Shown: positions 32,359-40,108 of the stretch, one piece after another
Layout: each line of letters starts with the position of its first letter
How positions within the stretch are numbered: position 1 is the stretch's first letter
Virus record (IMG/VR): IMGVR_UViG_3300044632_002025
Reading direction: 5' to 3' (one strand)
DNA length: 64,000 bases
Origin: a virus
The notes under the pieces: generated by a model
What the model saw: the letters and a program-made list of their open reading frames with translations, nothing else
Databases searched by the model: none
Told to the model about the DNA's origin: nothing
Program-made: the position numbers and the translations under genes

Positions 32359-32460
32359 AATCGGTTTCCTTTTTGGTTGGTTGTTACTATTATAGCAGTT
32401 TTTTTCTAGACTGTCAAGGGTTAACTTGGTTAAATTTTGGTTAACCCTGAGTTGAGTTTA

Positions 32461-32563
32461 GTCTAAGGAATCTTCATCCTCATCTTCATCTTCATCCTGC
32501 TGGTCGGTTATTTCACGGGCTATTTCCTCACAGGCATACCAGACCTCTAACATATCAGCCCGT
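32461..32563 (-). pseudogene. 3' remnant of a family F4 gene (truncated copy of 32966..33319)
   Basis: 32461-32545 aligns with 32966-33057 (acidic tail and ...YACEEIAREITDQQ). After an internal deletion of about 30 bp the match stops and abuts the stop codon of 32564..32872. Confidence 0.7.
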
Positions 32564-32872
32564 TTAAAATTTAAATCTTCCGTAGGGGCTTAGATAGAAC
32601 TCTGTAATATCCTCTTGGTTAGGTGGGAATGCCTCTACCCATTCACTTATAGCATCTATCAATAAATCTCGGTCGCCTGTCATTCGGGATAAATTCTGAT
32701 AGAATACTTTGTCATCCCAGTAGAACAAGTGTACGTCTCCCAGTGGGTTTTCTAAGTCGGAAATTTCTAATCCATCTTCCGCTAGTAACTGCTCACAGGT
32801 TCGGATTTGAGCAAAGATTTCTTGTAATTCACTGGTTGACAGTGTTTCTAGATACGAGAGGTAAGTAAACAT
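32564..32872 (-). CDS. Accessory family F2 protein (paralog of 33421..33723)
   Basis: MFTYLSYLETLSTSELQEIFA...CEQLLAEDGLEISDLENPLGD...LIDAISEWVEAFPPN, shared almost residue for residue with 33421..33723. Confidence 0.7.
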   Translation of the reverse strand: MFTYLSYLETLSTSELQEIFAQIRTCEQLLAEDGLEISDLENPLGDVHLFYWDDKVFYQNLSRMTGDRDLLIDAISEWVEAFPPNQEDITEFYLSPYGRFKF

Positions 32873-32965
32873 AATCGGTTTCCTTGTAATGTCACTATTA
32901 CAGCAGTTTTTTTCGGGACTGTCAAGGGTTAACTTGGTTAAATTTTGGTTAACCCTGAGTTAAGG

Positions 32966-33319
32966 TTAGTCTAAGGAATCTTCATCTTCATCCTCATATT
33001 CATCTTCATCCTGCTGGTCGGTTATTTCACGGGCTATTTCCTCACAGGCATACCAGACCATGAGGTTATAAAACGAATCTAGACTTTCTAACATATCAGC
33101 CCGGCTAAAAGAGGAAATCATTTTAGCCACGTTGGTATAGCCCAATTGTTTCGCTTGTTCAACTGCATATTTCCAGATTGAAACCCCGTACTTTTCCCAT
33201 AACTTAACACAGTCCGATGTATAGGATATATAGGGAAAACCCATGTCTGCTCCGTAACTTGCAATATCTTTAGCATACTCGTAAAGATTTTCCTCAAACC
33301 ATTCTTTAAATTCTCTCAT
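32966..33319 (-). CDS. Accessory family F4 protein with an acidic tail
   Basis: Start moved to ATG 33319 (MREFKEWFEE) because the track start is the -35 TTGACA. The C-terminus is DQQDEDEYEDEDEDSLD. Confidence 0.65.
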   Translation of the reverse strand: MREFKEWFEENLYEYAKDIASYGADMGFPYISYTSDCVKLWEKYGVSIWKYAVEQAKQLGYTNVAKMISSFSRADMLESLDSFYNLMVWYACEEIAREITDQQDEDEYEDEDEDSLD

Positions 33320-33420
33320 TTTTTTTTTCCTCGTTGGTTGGTATGTGTCCATTATGGCATTTTTTCGGGGGTCTGTCAAGGGTTAACTTGGTTAAATTTT
33401 GGTTAACCCTTGATTAAGTT

Positions 33421-33723
33421 TTAGCACTTAAATGTTCCGTAGGGTGTTAAAAAGAACTCGGCAGAACCCTTTCGGTTAGGTGGAAATGCCTCTACCCAAT
33501 CACTTATAGCATCTATCAAAAAATCTCGGTCGTCTTCCATTGTGGATAAATTCTGATAGAATATTTTTTCATCGTAGTACAAGTCGTCCCCCAGTGGGTT
33601 TTCTAAGTCGGAAATTTCTAATCCATCTTCTGCTAGTAATTGCTCACAAGTTAAGTTTTCAGCAAAGATTTCTTGTAATTTACTGGTTGACAGTGTTTCT
33701 AGATACCGGAGGTAAGTAGTCAT
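33421..33723 (-). CDS. Accessory family F2 protein
   Basis: Paralog of 32564..32872. Confidence 0.7.
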   Translation of the reverse strand: MTTYLRYLETLSTSKLQEIFAENLTCEQLLAEDGLEISDLENPLGDDLYYDEKIFYQNLSTMEDDRDFLIDAISDWVEAFPPNRKGSAEFFLTPYGTFKC

Positions 33724-33830
33724 AATCGGTTTCCTTTTTGGTTGGTTGTTACTATTATGGCATTGTTTAAGGGGTAAAGTCTAGTGGACAGTTAAGGAAC
33801 TGTCACACTCCCTACTTAACTAGGTTAAGT

Positions 33831-34187
33831 TTATGCAGGTCTTTTATAGCCGTTTTGAAGCGGTGTGTCAAGGGCTAACCTGATTAAGTCTATGTGTGTT
33901 TTTCTGGTTTCTAGGAACTCCGGACGGTTACGGGTTATCACCTTGAGTTGATACCCGTAGTGTTCCTCTAGGTATTTTTTATCCCATGAATAATCATAAA
34001 AAGTGGCAGGGAAAGTATTGTTAATAACCTCACAGGGGTCACATGAACCATGCTCCCCTACATATTCCCATGATAGACATTTATAGGGGTTATCGCAACT
34101 GACGATTTCTGGAAAAATGGCGATAATACGCCAAGTGTATTTTTCCCATTTACGGAAGATTACTTTTGTGGGGTTTTCAGTGGTCAT
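33831..34187 (-). CDS. Accessory family F3 protein (paralog of 34285..34611)
   Basis: Shared KVIFRKW.KY...IIAIFPEIVS.DNPY.CLSW.YVG.HGSCDP...GYQLKVITRNR.EFLE. Confidence 0.7.
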   Translation of the reverse strand: MTTENPTKVIFRKWEKYTWRIIAIFPEIVSCDNPYKCLSWEYVGEHGSCDPCEVINNTFPATFYDYSWDKKYLEEHYGYQLKVITRNRPEFLETRKTHIDLIRLALDTPLQNGYKRPA

Positions 34188-34284
34188 AATTGGTTTCCTC
34201 GTGATGTTTTCATTATAGCACTTTTCGGGGGACTGTCAAGGGTTAACTTGGTTAAATTTTGGTTAACCCGTGATTAAGTTGAGG

Positions 34285-34611
34285 TTAGACTAGAAACTGT
34301 GCCATGCGAGCTATTTCAGCTTCTCTGATTTCTAGGAACTCCCGACGGTTTCGGGTTATTACCTTGAGTTGATAGCCGTATTGTTTTTCTAGGACTTCCT
34401 TATCCCAAGCATATTCATCGGGACTTGCCGGTACAGTATCGCTAATGACCCAATGGGGGTCACATGAACCATGCCCTCCTACATATACCCATGATAGACA
34501 TTCATAAGGGTTATCCGTACTGACGATTTCTGGAAAAATGGCGATAATACTATTTGAGTATTTTACCCATTTACGGAAGATTACTTTTGTCGGGGAGTTG
34601 TCAGTAGTCAT
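34285..34611 (-). CDS. Accessory family F3 protein
   Basis: Paralog of 33831..34187. Confidence 0.7.
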   Translation of the reverse strand: MTTDNSPTKVIFRKWVKYSNSIIAIFPEIVSTDNPYECLSWVYVGGHGSCDPHWVISDTVPASPDEYAWDKEVLEKQYGYQLKVITRNRREFLEIREAEIARMAQFLV

Positions 34612-34737
34612 AATGTTTCCTCTTTGGTTGGTATGTTACTATTATGGCATTGTCTAAGGGTAAAGTCTAGTGGACAGTTAAGGAACTGTCACACTCCCTA
34701 CTTAACTAGGTTGGATTGAGTTTAACTTAGTTGAACT

Positions 34738-35130
34738 CTATTCTAAGTAAATCCATCCACGAATGGCCATAGAGTCGCACTCACCAAAATTTTTTGAAGC
34801 TTCAGAAAGTCGGTCTAAGACCGCCTTATCACAACCTTTCTCATCCCAGAACCCAGAACCATAACGATTACGGTTTAGATAGAAGTTATGACCAACGTGG
34901 TCTTCGCTAAACCCAGACTCTAGAAAGATATTAATATCCTCTTGGTTTTCGCTTACGAATCGTTCTACATCATCCCGTGCGGACAGTAGTGATTTTTTGG
35001 TGAAACCGTGACCCATTTTAGGGAAATCCTCTCCATTTTCCCCCTGACAACACCATTCTGCGGCCGTTAAATAACCACTTATAAAGGGGAAAACATCATC
35101 AGGGACGTGGTTAGGGTTAAATTGGGGCAT
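34738..35130 (-). CDS. Hypothetical protein
   Basis: Start set at ATG 35130 (MPQFNPNHV) behind an AGGAG RBS. Contains GHNFYLNRNRYGSGFWDE, a motif I recall from uncharacterised phage/plasmid proteins. Confidence 0.55.
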   Translation of the reverse strand: MPQFNPNHVPDDVFPFISGYLTAAEWCCQGENGEDFPKMGHGFTKKSLLSARDDVERFVSENQEDINIFLESGFSEDHVGHNFYLNRNRYGSGFWDEKGCDKAVLDRLSEASKNFGECDSMAIRGWIYLE

Positions 35131-35161
35131 ATTTTTGGCTCCTGTGCTTGGTTTTAAGGGT

Positions 35162-35434
35162 TTAAGTCTGTGTGTCAAGATTAAATTTCTTGCCAGAGTA
35201 GGTTTTTTTGCAATCATTACACTGGAACACGGAGTAAGGTTTTCCGTTTACATCCTTTTTAGTGGCTCGTTTCCGAACATTAAATGAACCGCAATGGGGG
35301 CATCGTTTTCCGACTAGGTATTCATAAAAACCTTTAGATTTTTTTAACCATTGTTCATCGGAAATAATTCCTTCTCCCCAATCTGATAAATCGGGCAAAA
35401 TTTTGGACAGAATTGGTAATCTTGAATGAGTCAT
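35162..35434 (-). CDS. Zinc-ribbon protein
   Basis: CPHCGS...CNDCKK: two CxxC pairs in a 90-aa basic protein. Confidence 0.55.
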   Translation of the reverse strand: MTHSRLPILSKILPDLSDWGEGIISDEQWLKKSKGFYEYLVGKRCPHCGSFNVRKRATKKDVNGKPYSVFQCNDCKKTYSGKKFNLDTQT

Positions 35435-35554
35435 ACGTTTTAATTGGTAAGGGTTAAATGGGGTTAGATTGGGTTAGGAAGATTCACTACTTGTCAAGGG
35501 TTAACTAGGTTAAATTTTGGTTAACCCTTGATTAAGGTTAGGACAGGGTTAATT

Positions 35555-36172
35555 CTAATTGGATACCGTCTTCCCAACGAGTAACATTAGTGCATCAAGT
35601 AAATCCGACCGTTGTGGTGTGCTTAAATCTTCAAATCCGAAACTACCATGTAAACCCTGATATACTTCACATATACTAACTGTTTCATCGTTTAGATAGT
35701 CTAAGAATGGATTTATGACCTTTAGTAAGTCTTCTGGGGATACCAATAGGTCTATTTCATGACGATACTTATAGGCTATTTTGTCCTCTAATTCTGGTAA
35801 TATCTCCAAAATTTCCTTAGCACACTCATTACATCCTGTCTCGTTCCAATATTCCATCCATTTTTCATTTAGTATTTCACCGTACACTTGTTCGTCTAGC
35901 AGGTAATAAACGGTCTTTGTCTTCTCAATAAGGTTGTCAATCTCTTCCACTAGGGGACTATCCTTTTTTAACAGGATGGCTGTAAACCGTCCGAAAAACC
36001 CACGAAAACTAGCTTCTATACAGTCCTCATTGTTAATAAAACGGGATAGCACTCGATAGTTCGCCATATCCATTAAATCCGACGCATCGGACTGTGAATA
36101 GACAACATAATATCCTTCGTAGTTTATGCCAAAGAAGTTATCTTGGCATAATTTCAGGTGTTTCGCTTTCAT
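35555..36172 (-). CDS. Hypothetical protein
   Basis: 205-aa ORF, the largest in the island. No motif recognised. Confidence 0.6.
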   Translation of the reverse strand: MKAKHLKLCQDNFFGINYEGYYVVYSQSDASDLMDMANYRVLSRFINNEDCIEASFRGFFGRFTAILLKKDSPLVEEIDNLIEKTKTVYYLLDEQVYGEILNEKWMEYWNETGCNECAKEILEILPELEDKIAYKYRHEIDLLVSPEDLLKVINPFLDYLNDETVSICEVYQGLHGSFGFEDLSTPQRSDLLDALMLLVGKTVSN

Positions 36173-36190
36173 TTTTTCCTTCCTTGATTG

Positions 36191-36240
36191 GTTTAGATTG
36201 GTTTAGATTGGGTTAGATAGGGTTAGATTGGGTTAGATTG
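36191..36240. repeat. Five tandem decamers (G(G/T)TTAGATTG)
   Basis: They fill the gap between the stop of 36243..36515 and the start of 35555..36172. Confidence 0.85.
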
Positions 36241-36242
36241 GG

Positions 36243-36515
36243 CTAGTAGGTATGAAATCCCTTGCTATCGAAGCAAAATAACTCCATATAAGTTCGAGAA
36301 ATTTTAGAATGAACAAAAGCCTTAATCTTTATTTGATTTTCTGGCATCCAAGCTTCTAAAGTAGTATAATATGACTTTAAGAAGCTTTTTAGTTGTGCAT
36401 TATTCTTGACTTCTAAATCAAAGCTTAATCGATTTTGAATCTCGCCAGTTGTATCCTTAATTAAGCGATTTTCAGAGTTGCGAACTTCAAAACAAATAAC
36501 AAATTTTTCCGACAT
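36243..36515 (-). CDS. Hypothetical protein
   Basis: 90-aa ORF. No promoter of its own, so probably co-transcribed with 36573..36776. Confidence 0.55.
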   Translation of the reverse strand: MSEKFVICFEVRNSENRLIKDTTGEIQNRLSFDLEVKNNAQLKSFLKSYYTTLEAWMPENQIKIKAFVHSKISRTYMELFCFDSKGFHTY

Positions 36516-36572
36516 TTTGCCCTCTTTTGTGTTTCTACTGTTTACCGATAACTGATAACTGATGACTGATAA

Positions 36573-36776
36573 TTAATCCTCTAATTCCCAATCTACATAA
36601 TCGAGATTATCACGCCAGTCAAGCAGATTGGGCATCTCATTCTCATCCCCAAAACTAAGCGTGATAGCCGGGTAGATGTTTTCAAGCAATTCTAAGGCTT
36701 GTTTTTTGCTAGAAGCGGGCAAGGTTACTTCCAATTCAATGCGAAGTATTCCAGTAAATTCTTTAAGTTTTGTCAT
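36573..36776 (-). CDS. Small acidic hypothetical protein
   Basis: Start moved to ATG 36776 (MTKLKEFTG) because the track start is the -35 box. Confidence 0.5.
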   Translation of the reverse strand: MTKLKEFTGILRIELEVTLPASSKKQALELLENIYPAITLSFGDENEMPNLLDWRDNLDYVDWELED

Positions 36777-36795
36777 TGTTTCCTCGTTGGTATCC

Positions 36796-36860
36796 ATTAT
36801 GGCATTTTTCATCTGGTCTGTCAAGTCTTTTTGGAGTGGACAGTTTAGGAAGTGTCCACT
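36796..36860 (-). promoter_or_regulatory. Palindrome-plus-promoter cassette
   Basis: AGTGGACA-N10-TGTCCACT (36835-36860), TTGACA (36819-36824), 17 nt, CATAAT (36796-36801). Confidence 0.6.
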
Positions 36861-36886
36861 GTCTAAGCCCTTAGCTACGGGTTATA

Positions 36887-37189
36887 TTAGTCTTCATCGG
36901 AGTAACAATCCCTGAATTTATATTCACTTTCAGGGTCTGTCCAGTCTATAACTACATTCTCCGATTTAATTTCCAAGTCTGCCATAAAATCAGTTGGCAT
37001 TCCCTGAAAATCCCCAGTATTATACAGTAACCATTCCTCTATTCCTTCTTTAACATCTCCATTCTGTTTTATTTTTTCCTCAATGCCATCTAATTGATAG
37101 CTGTCTAGGAAAATCTCTTGACACTGTTCTTGACCGTACCAACCGTACCCGATTAGTCTTACGAAGCTTTTAACTACTATGTACTTCAT
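36887..37189 (-). CDS. Accessory family F1 protein
   Basis: Start moved to ATG 37189 (MKYIVVKSF). Carries the DFMADLEIKSENVVIDWTDPESE core. Confidence 0.65.
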   Translation of the reverse strand: MKYIVVKSFVRLIGYGWYGQEQCQEIFLDSYQLDGIEEKIKQNGDVKEGIEEWLLYNTGDFQGMPTDFMADLEIKSENVVIDWTDPESEYKFRDCYSDED

Positions 37190-37226
37190 GATTTTTGGTT
37201 TCCTGTTTGTTTTGGTTGATGTGTCT

Positions 37227-37291
37227 ATTATGGCATTGTTTTTCTGGACTGTCAACCTTTTTTGGGGTGGACAGTTTAGGAAGTGTCCACT
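37227..37291 (-). promoter_or_regulatory. Palindrome-plus-promoter cassette
   Basis: GGTGGACA-N10-TGTCCACT (37266-37291), TTGACA (37250-37255), 17 nt, CATAAT (37227-37232). Confidence 0.6.
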
Positions 37292-37517
37292 AGGGGTTGA
37301 ATTGGGGATAACTGTCTCTCAAACGTCCCCTGTACTCTTGACAGTATTCACTAAAGTCAAAACTGTTACTTCCCATATAGATTGTATGCACCAATTGAGT
37401 ACCGTGCAAATGGTACACCCTGCGACTGAAAAATCCTACTCCCCGTTCTATATATCGGGGGAAAATTTCCCCATTGGGTTTAGGGAGATTACCTATAAAT
37501 ATTTTGCTCTCGTCCAC
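37290..37517 (-). CDS. Hypothetical protein
   Basis: 75-aa ORF with a GTG start behind ACAGGAG. Confidence 0.45.
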   Translation of the reverse strand: MDESKIFIGNLPKPNGEIFPRYIERGVGFFSRRVYHLHGTQLVHTIYMGSNSFDFSEYCQEYRGRLRDSYPQFNP

Positions 37518-37550
37518 TTGTTTGACTCCTGTTTTTCGGCTTATGTGTCT

Positions 37551-37615
37551 ATTATGGCATTGTTCATCTGGTCTGTCAAGTCTTTTTGGAGTGGACAGTT
37601 TAGGAAGTGTCCACT
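37551..37615 (-). promoter_or_regulatory. Palindrome-plus-promoter cassette
   Basis: AGTGGACA-N10-TGTCCACT (37590-37615), TTGACA (37574-37579), 17 nt, CATAAT (37551-37556). Confidence 0.6.
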
Positions 37616-38171
37616 AGGGGTTTTACTAGGGATACTTCACATTGTTTTGATTGGTTCCCACTTGTTTGACTCCTGTTTTTCTTTCGATGTCACTACTATA
37701 GCAGTGTTTTCTATGGTAGTGCAACCCCTAGTGGACACTTTGATAATTGGCACACTGGGTAATATTTACCCCTCTTCCCTATGTTTAGTACAAGTGTACC
37801 AAAGGATGGGCTTCATCGGCTGACGTGAAAGCCTTATTTGTACCTGCAATTCATTTACCACAGGTTAAGATTTGGTTATGGTTGGCGGGAAAGCCTTATT
37901 CGTGCCTGCAATGTTTTTACACTTAACCCAGTCTTAACCTCTCTTAACCCAGTCTTAACCCAGTCTTAACCCATCTTCCCTATGTCTAGTACAAGTGTAC
38001 CAAAGGGTGGGCTTCATCGGCTGACGTGAGACTCAGATTTGTGCCTGCAATGTTTTTTACGCCCTAAACTCCCCTTTAACACTTGGGCTAGTACAAGTGT
38101 ACTAGGGGTGGAGGAGGTGTCCGCCCAAACTATATTGGACAAGATAATTATTCCTAGCTAGGATAGAAAAT

Positions 38172-38456
38172 ATGGCTTTAACTTTTGCCCCCCCAGTCCC
38201 CGCAAGTGGACATTATCAACTAGACCCTTTATATGTTAACTCCGGTGTTGACATCGTTCGTGCTTCTTACGGTTATGATTTGAATGGTACTGCTGATGCT
38301 GACCAATTACTTCAACGTCAAGCCATCATTGCTCTTTTAGAGTTTGCTATCGAAGATACCGCTTTCGTTAATGCTATTCAGGCAATTGCCGCTACTGCTG
38401 GTGTTACTACCCCTGTTTCCTTCGTTTCGGCGTTGGTTACTAAATTAACTGCTTAA
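38172..38456 (+). CDS. Hypothetical protein
   Basis: 94-aa ORF. The GTGTCCGCCCAAAC motif (38117-38130) lies 42 nt upstream. Confidence 0.5.
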   Translation: MALTFAPPVPASGHYQLDPLYVNSGVDIVRASYGYDLNGTADADQLLQRQAIIALLEFAIEDTAFVNAIQAIAATAGVTTPVSFVSALVTKLTA

Positions 38457-38503
38457 TCCGTCCTAATCTGGGTCTGATTCAGCCTTAACCAAGCCCCCCA
38501 GTC

Positions 38504-38743
38504 ATGGGTGGGTATTTTTTTGTACCTATTCCCCTTATTGCAAGCATATTATTATTAAGTCCCAAACCCCTTTCCATAATGGTTTTTTTATTGCTTTTAG
38601 CTTCTTTAATGGTCTTTGCCATTACTATTGTAGCCATTGTTGGTTTACTGTTGGCTTACCGTCAACCTCCTGAACCTCAACGCTTTGATGATTTATCCGA
38701 TTTCGATTTATTAGACCCTAGGGAATTTGCTGACCGTAATTAA
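38504..38743 (+). CDS. Small membrane protein with holin-like topology
   Basis: Two hydrophobic segments followed by a charged tail (PEPQRFDDLSDFDLLDPREFADRN). The holin role is a guess. Confidence 0.45.
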   Translation: MGGYFFVPIPLIASILLLSPKPLSIMVFLLLLASLMVFAITIVAIVGLLLAYRQPPEPQRFDDLSDFDLLDPREFADRN

Positions 38744-39033
38744 ACCGTCAACAACCACACATTTTTGTTGTGTTCTAATGGGTGATAAGGGGTCATCCTT
38801 TTGGGTGATGGGTGTGGATAACTTTAACCCCCTTGAACAGTACAAATGAACTAATATATAACTGTATAGTTATATAATTATATGGTCAAAAAGTGCTTTT
38901 TGTGTGGCTGAAATCAGCCCCTAACCCTAAACCTTCCTAATTTCGCCTCCAAAATGATGTATAATGATGTATATCAAACTCCTGGTCGGTATTGGTTTTC
39001 TCTGGTCAACCTAAAGGATTGTGAGACAATTAT

Positions 39034-39164
39034 GAAAAAGAGTTATGGTGGATTTTACCATTATTTGGGGTTGAGGGGGAAAAAGAGTTATGGTGAATTT
39101 CACCATTATTATCTTAGGTGGAAAAAGAGTTATGGTAATTTTTACCATTATTATCTTGGGTTGG
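39034..39164. repeat. Three tandem repeats of about 43 bp, each with the palindrome ATGGTnnATTTnACCAT
   Basis: Copies start at 39034, 39078 and 39121. The middle copy is the perfect palindrome ATGGTGAATTTCACCAT. They lie upstream of the HTH gene at 39307. Confidence 0.85.
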
Positions 39165-39306
39165 GGGGGGTGGGGATTTGTTGAGAAATGTTTCTTCGGT
39201 TAAAGCTCTTTGAGTGTCTTATCATACCTAAGATTGGCTCAGGGTCAGCCTTTTAGACTATACGCCCAATCCAGAAATTGGATTCTAAAACTATTTATAG
39301 AGGGAT

Positions 39307-39798
39307 ATGAGAAAGAAAGACGTTAGAATGAGCAAAGAGGTCGTGGAACAAACCAAAAAATTGTTCCAAATCTATAAACTGGGAGGGGTGTCTGTTAGGA
39401 CTTTAGCAGAACGGTTCGATATTCCCTGGACTACTTTAAGAGATAGATTTCGTTCCCAATATGGAAAACAGTATACCAAACATAGAGCAGATGAAGGGAC
39501 TGTCCATGCTGTGATTAAAGAACATTTAAGTCGTCTAGAAGGTATTCACTTACGCAGGGCGGCTGAATGGTATCGGAAGAATCAAGCAGAACTCCTAATG
39601 CAAGCTCTTGAAGACCAAATGAATCCAGGGCAACGACCTAAAGTATATACCGAACGTCGTATGGATTCTGATACCAAAGCTATGTGTCGTTTGAACCATG
39701 ATATAGGGTCTTCTCCTTATTTATCCGATGGTAGGTATGAACCTAAAATCGATGGTGAAGATTCAGACGAACCTTTACCATCAGACTTTTGGGATTAA
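39307..39798 (+). CDS. HTH DNA-binding protein
   Basis: GGVSVRTLAERFDIPWTTLRDRF is a helix-turn-helix-like segment near the N-terminus. Confidence 0.5.
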   Translation: MRKKDVRMSKEVVEQTKKLFQIYKLGGVSVRTLAERFDIPWTTLRDRFRSQYGKQYTKHRADEGTVHAVIKEHLSRLEGIHLRRAAEWYRKNQAELLMQALEDQMNPGQRPKVYTERRMDSDTKAMCRLNHDIGSSPYLSDGRYEPKIDGEDSDEPLPSDFWD

Positions 39799-39859
39799 TT
39801 GGGTCTAACGGGGTCTAACGGGGTCTGACCCATCCTCAACCCTACCTGACCCCTCCTGA

Positions 39860-39880
39860 CCCCTTTGGAAGGGGTTTTTT
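39860..39880 (+). terminator. Rho-independent terminator
   Basis: CCCCTT-tgg-AAGGGG followed by T6. Confidence 0.7.
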
Positions 39881-39952
39881 ATTGTCAACCCCCAGTCTGC
39901 CCCGGTTAAGCTGGGGGGTGGTTCAAATGTACTAGACAAAGATGAACTGGGG

Positions 39953-40108
39953 GGGGTAGGGGGGGGTTCTCTTTTTTCAGGGCGACCCTTCCTATTCCAT
40001 CCCCCCCAAGTTTGACAGGGCTTAACTGGGTTTGACCCCTAGACCCCCTTTTACCTTGGGTATGAGTATTTATACCTATCCCTAAAGACATAGTACGGGG
40101 TTTGACCC
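39953..40108. repeat. Direct repeat of about 156 bp, copy a
   Basis: GGGGTAGGGGGG...TTTTCAGGGCGACCC...GGTATGAGTATTTATACC...CATAGTACGGGGTTTGACCC recurs at 40291-40448. Confidence 0.85.

Noticed and set aside
33320-33379. Track N-terminal extensions beginning MT(D/V)... for 32966..33379, 36573..36824, 36887..37255, 19762..20118 and 2165..2668
   Set aside because: In each case the alternative start codon TTG is the first half of a TTGACA -35 box, and the extension translates the promoter (..NAIMDT.. = ..AATGCCATAATGGA..). Downstream ATGs with purine-rich RBS were used instead.
37179-37823. 214-aa plus-strand ORF in the track
   Set aside because: It runs antisense through three minus-strand promoter cassettes, two palindromes and the gene 37290..37517. 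Its repeated peptide segments (SVKSFWSGQFRKCPL) are translations of the repeated promoter-operator DNA.
38954-39184. 76-aa ORF with KKSYG.F.HYYL repeated three times
   Set aside because: The periodicity comes from the three ~43-bp palindrome-containing DNA repeats. It is more plausibly an operator array than a protein.
39906-40091. 61-aa minus-strand ORF in the G-rich repeat region
   Set aside because: It lies inside the ~156-bp direct repeat, has G/P-rich low-complexity translation and no start context. The second repeat copy does not preserve the ORF.
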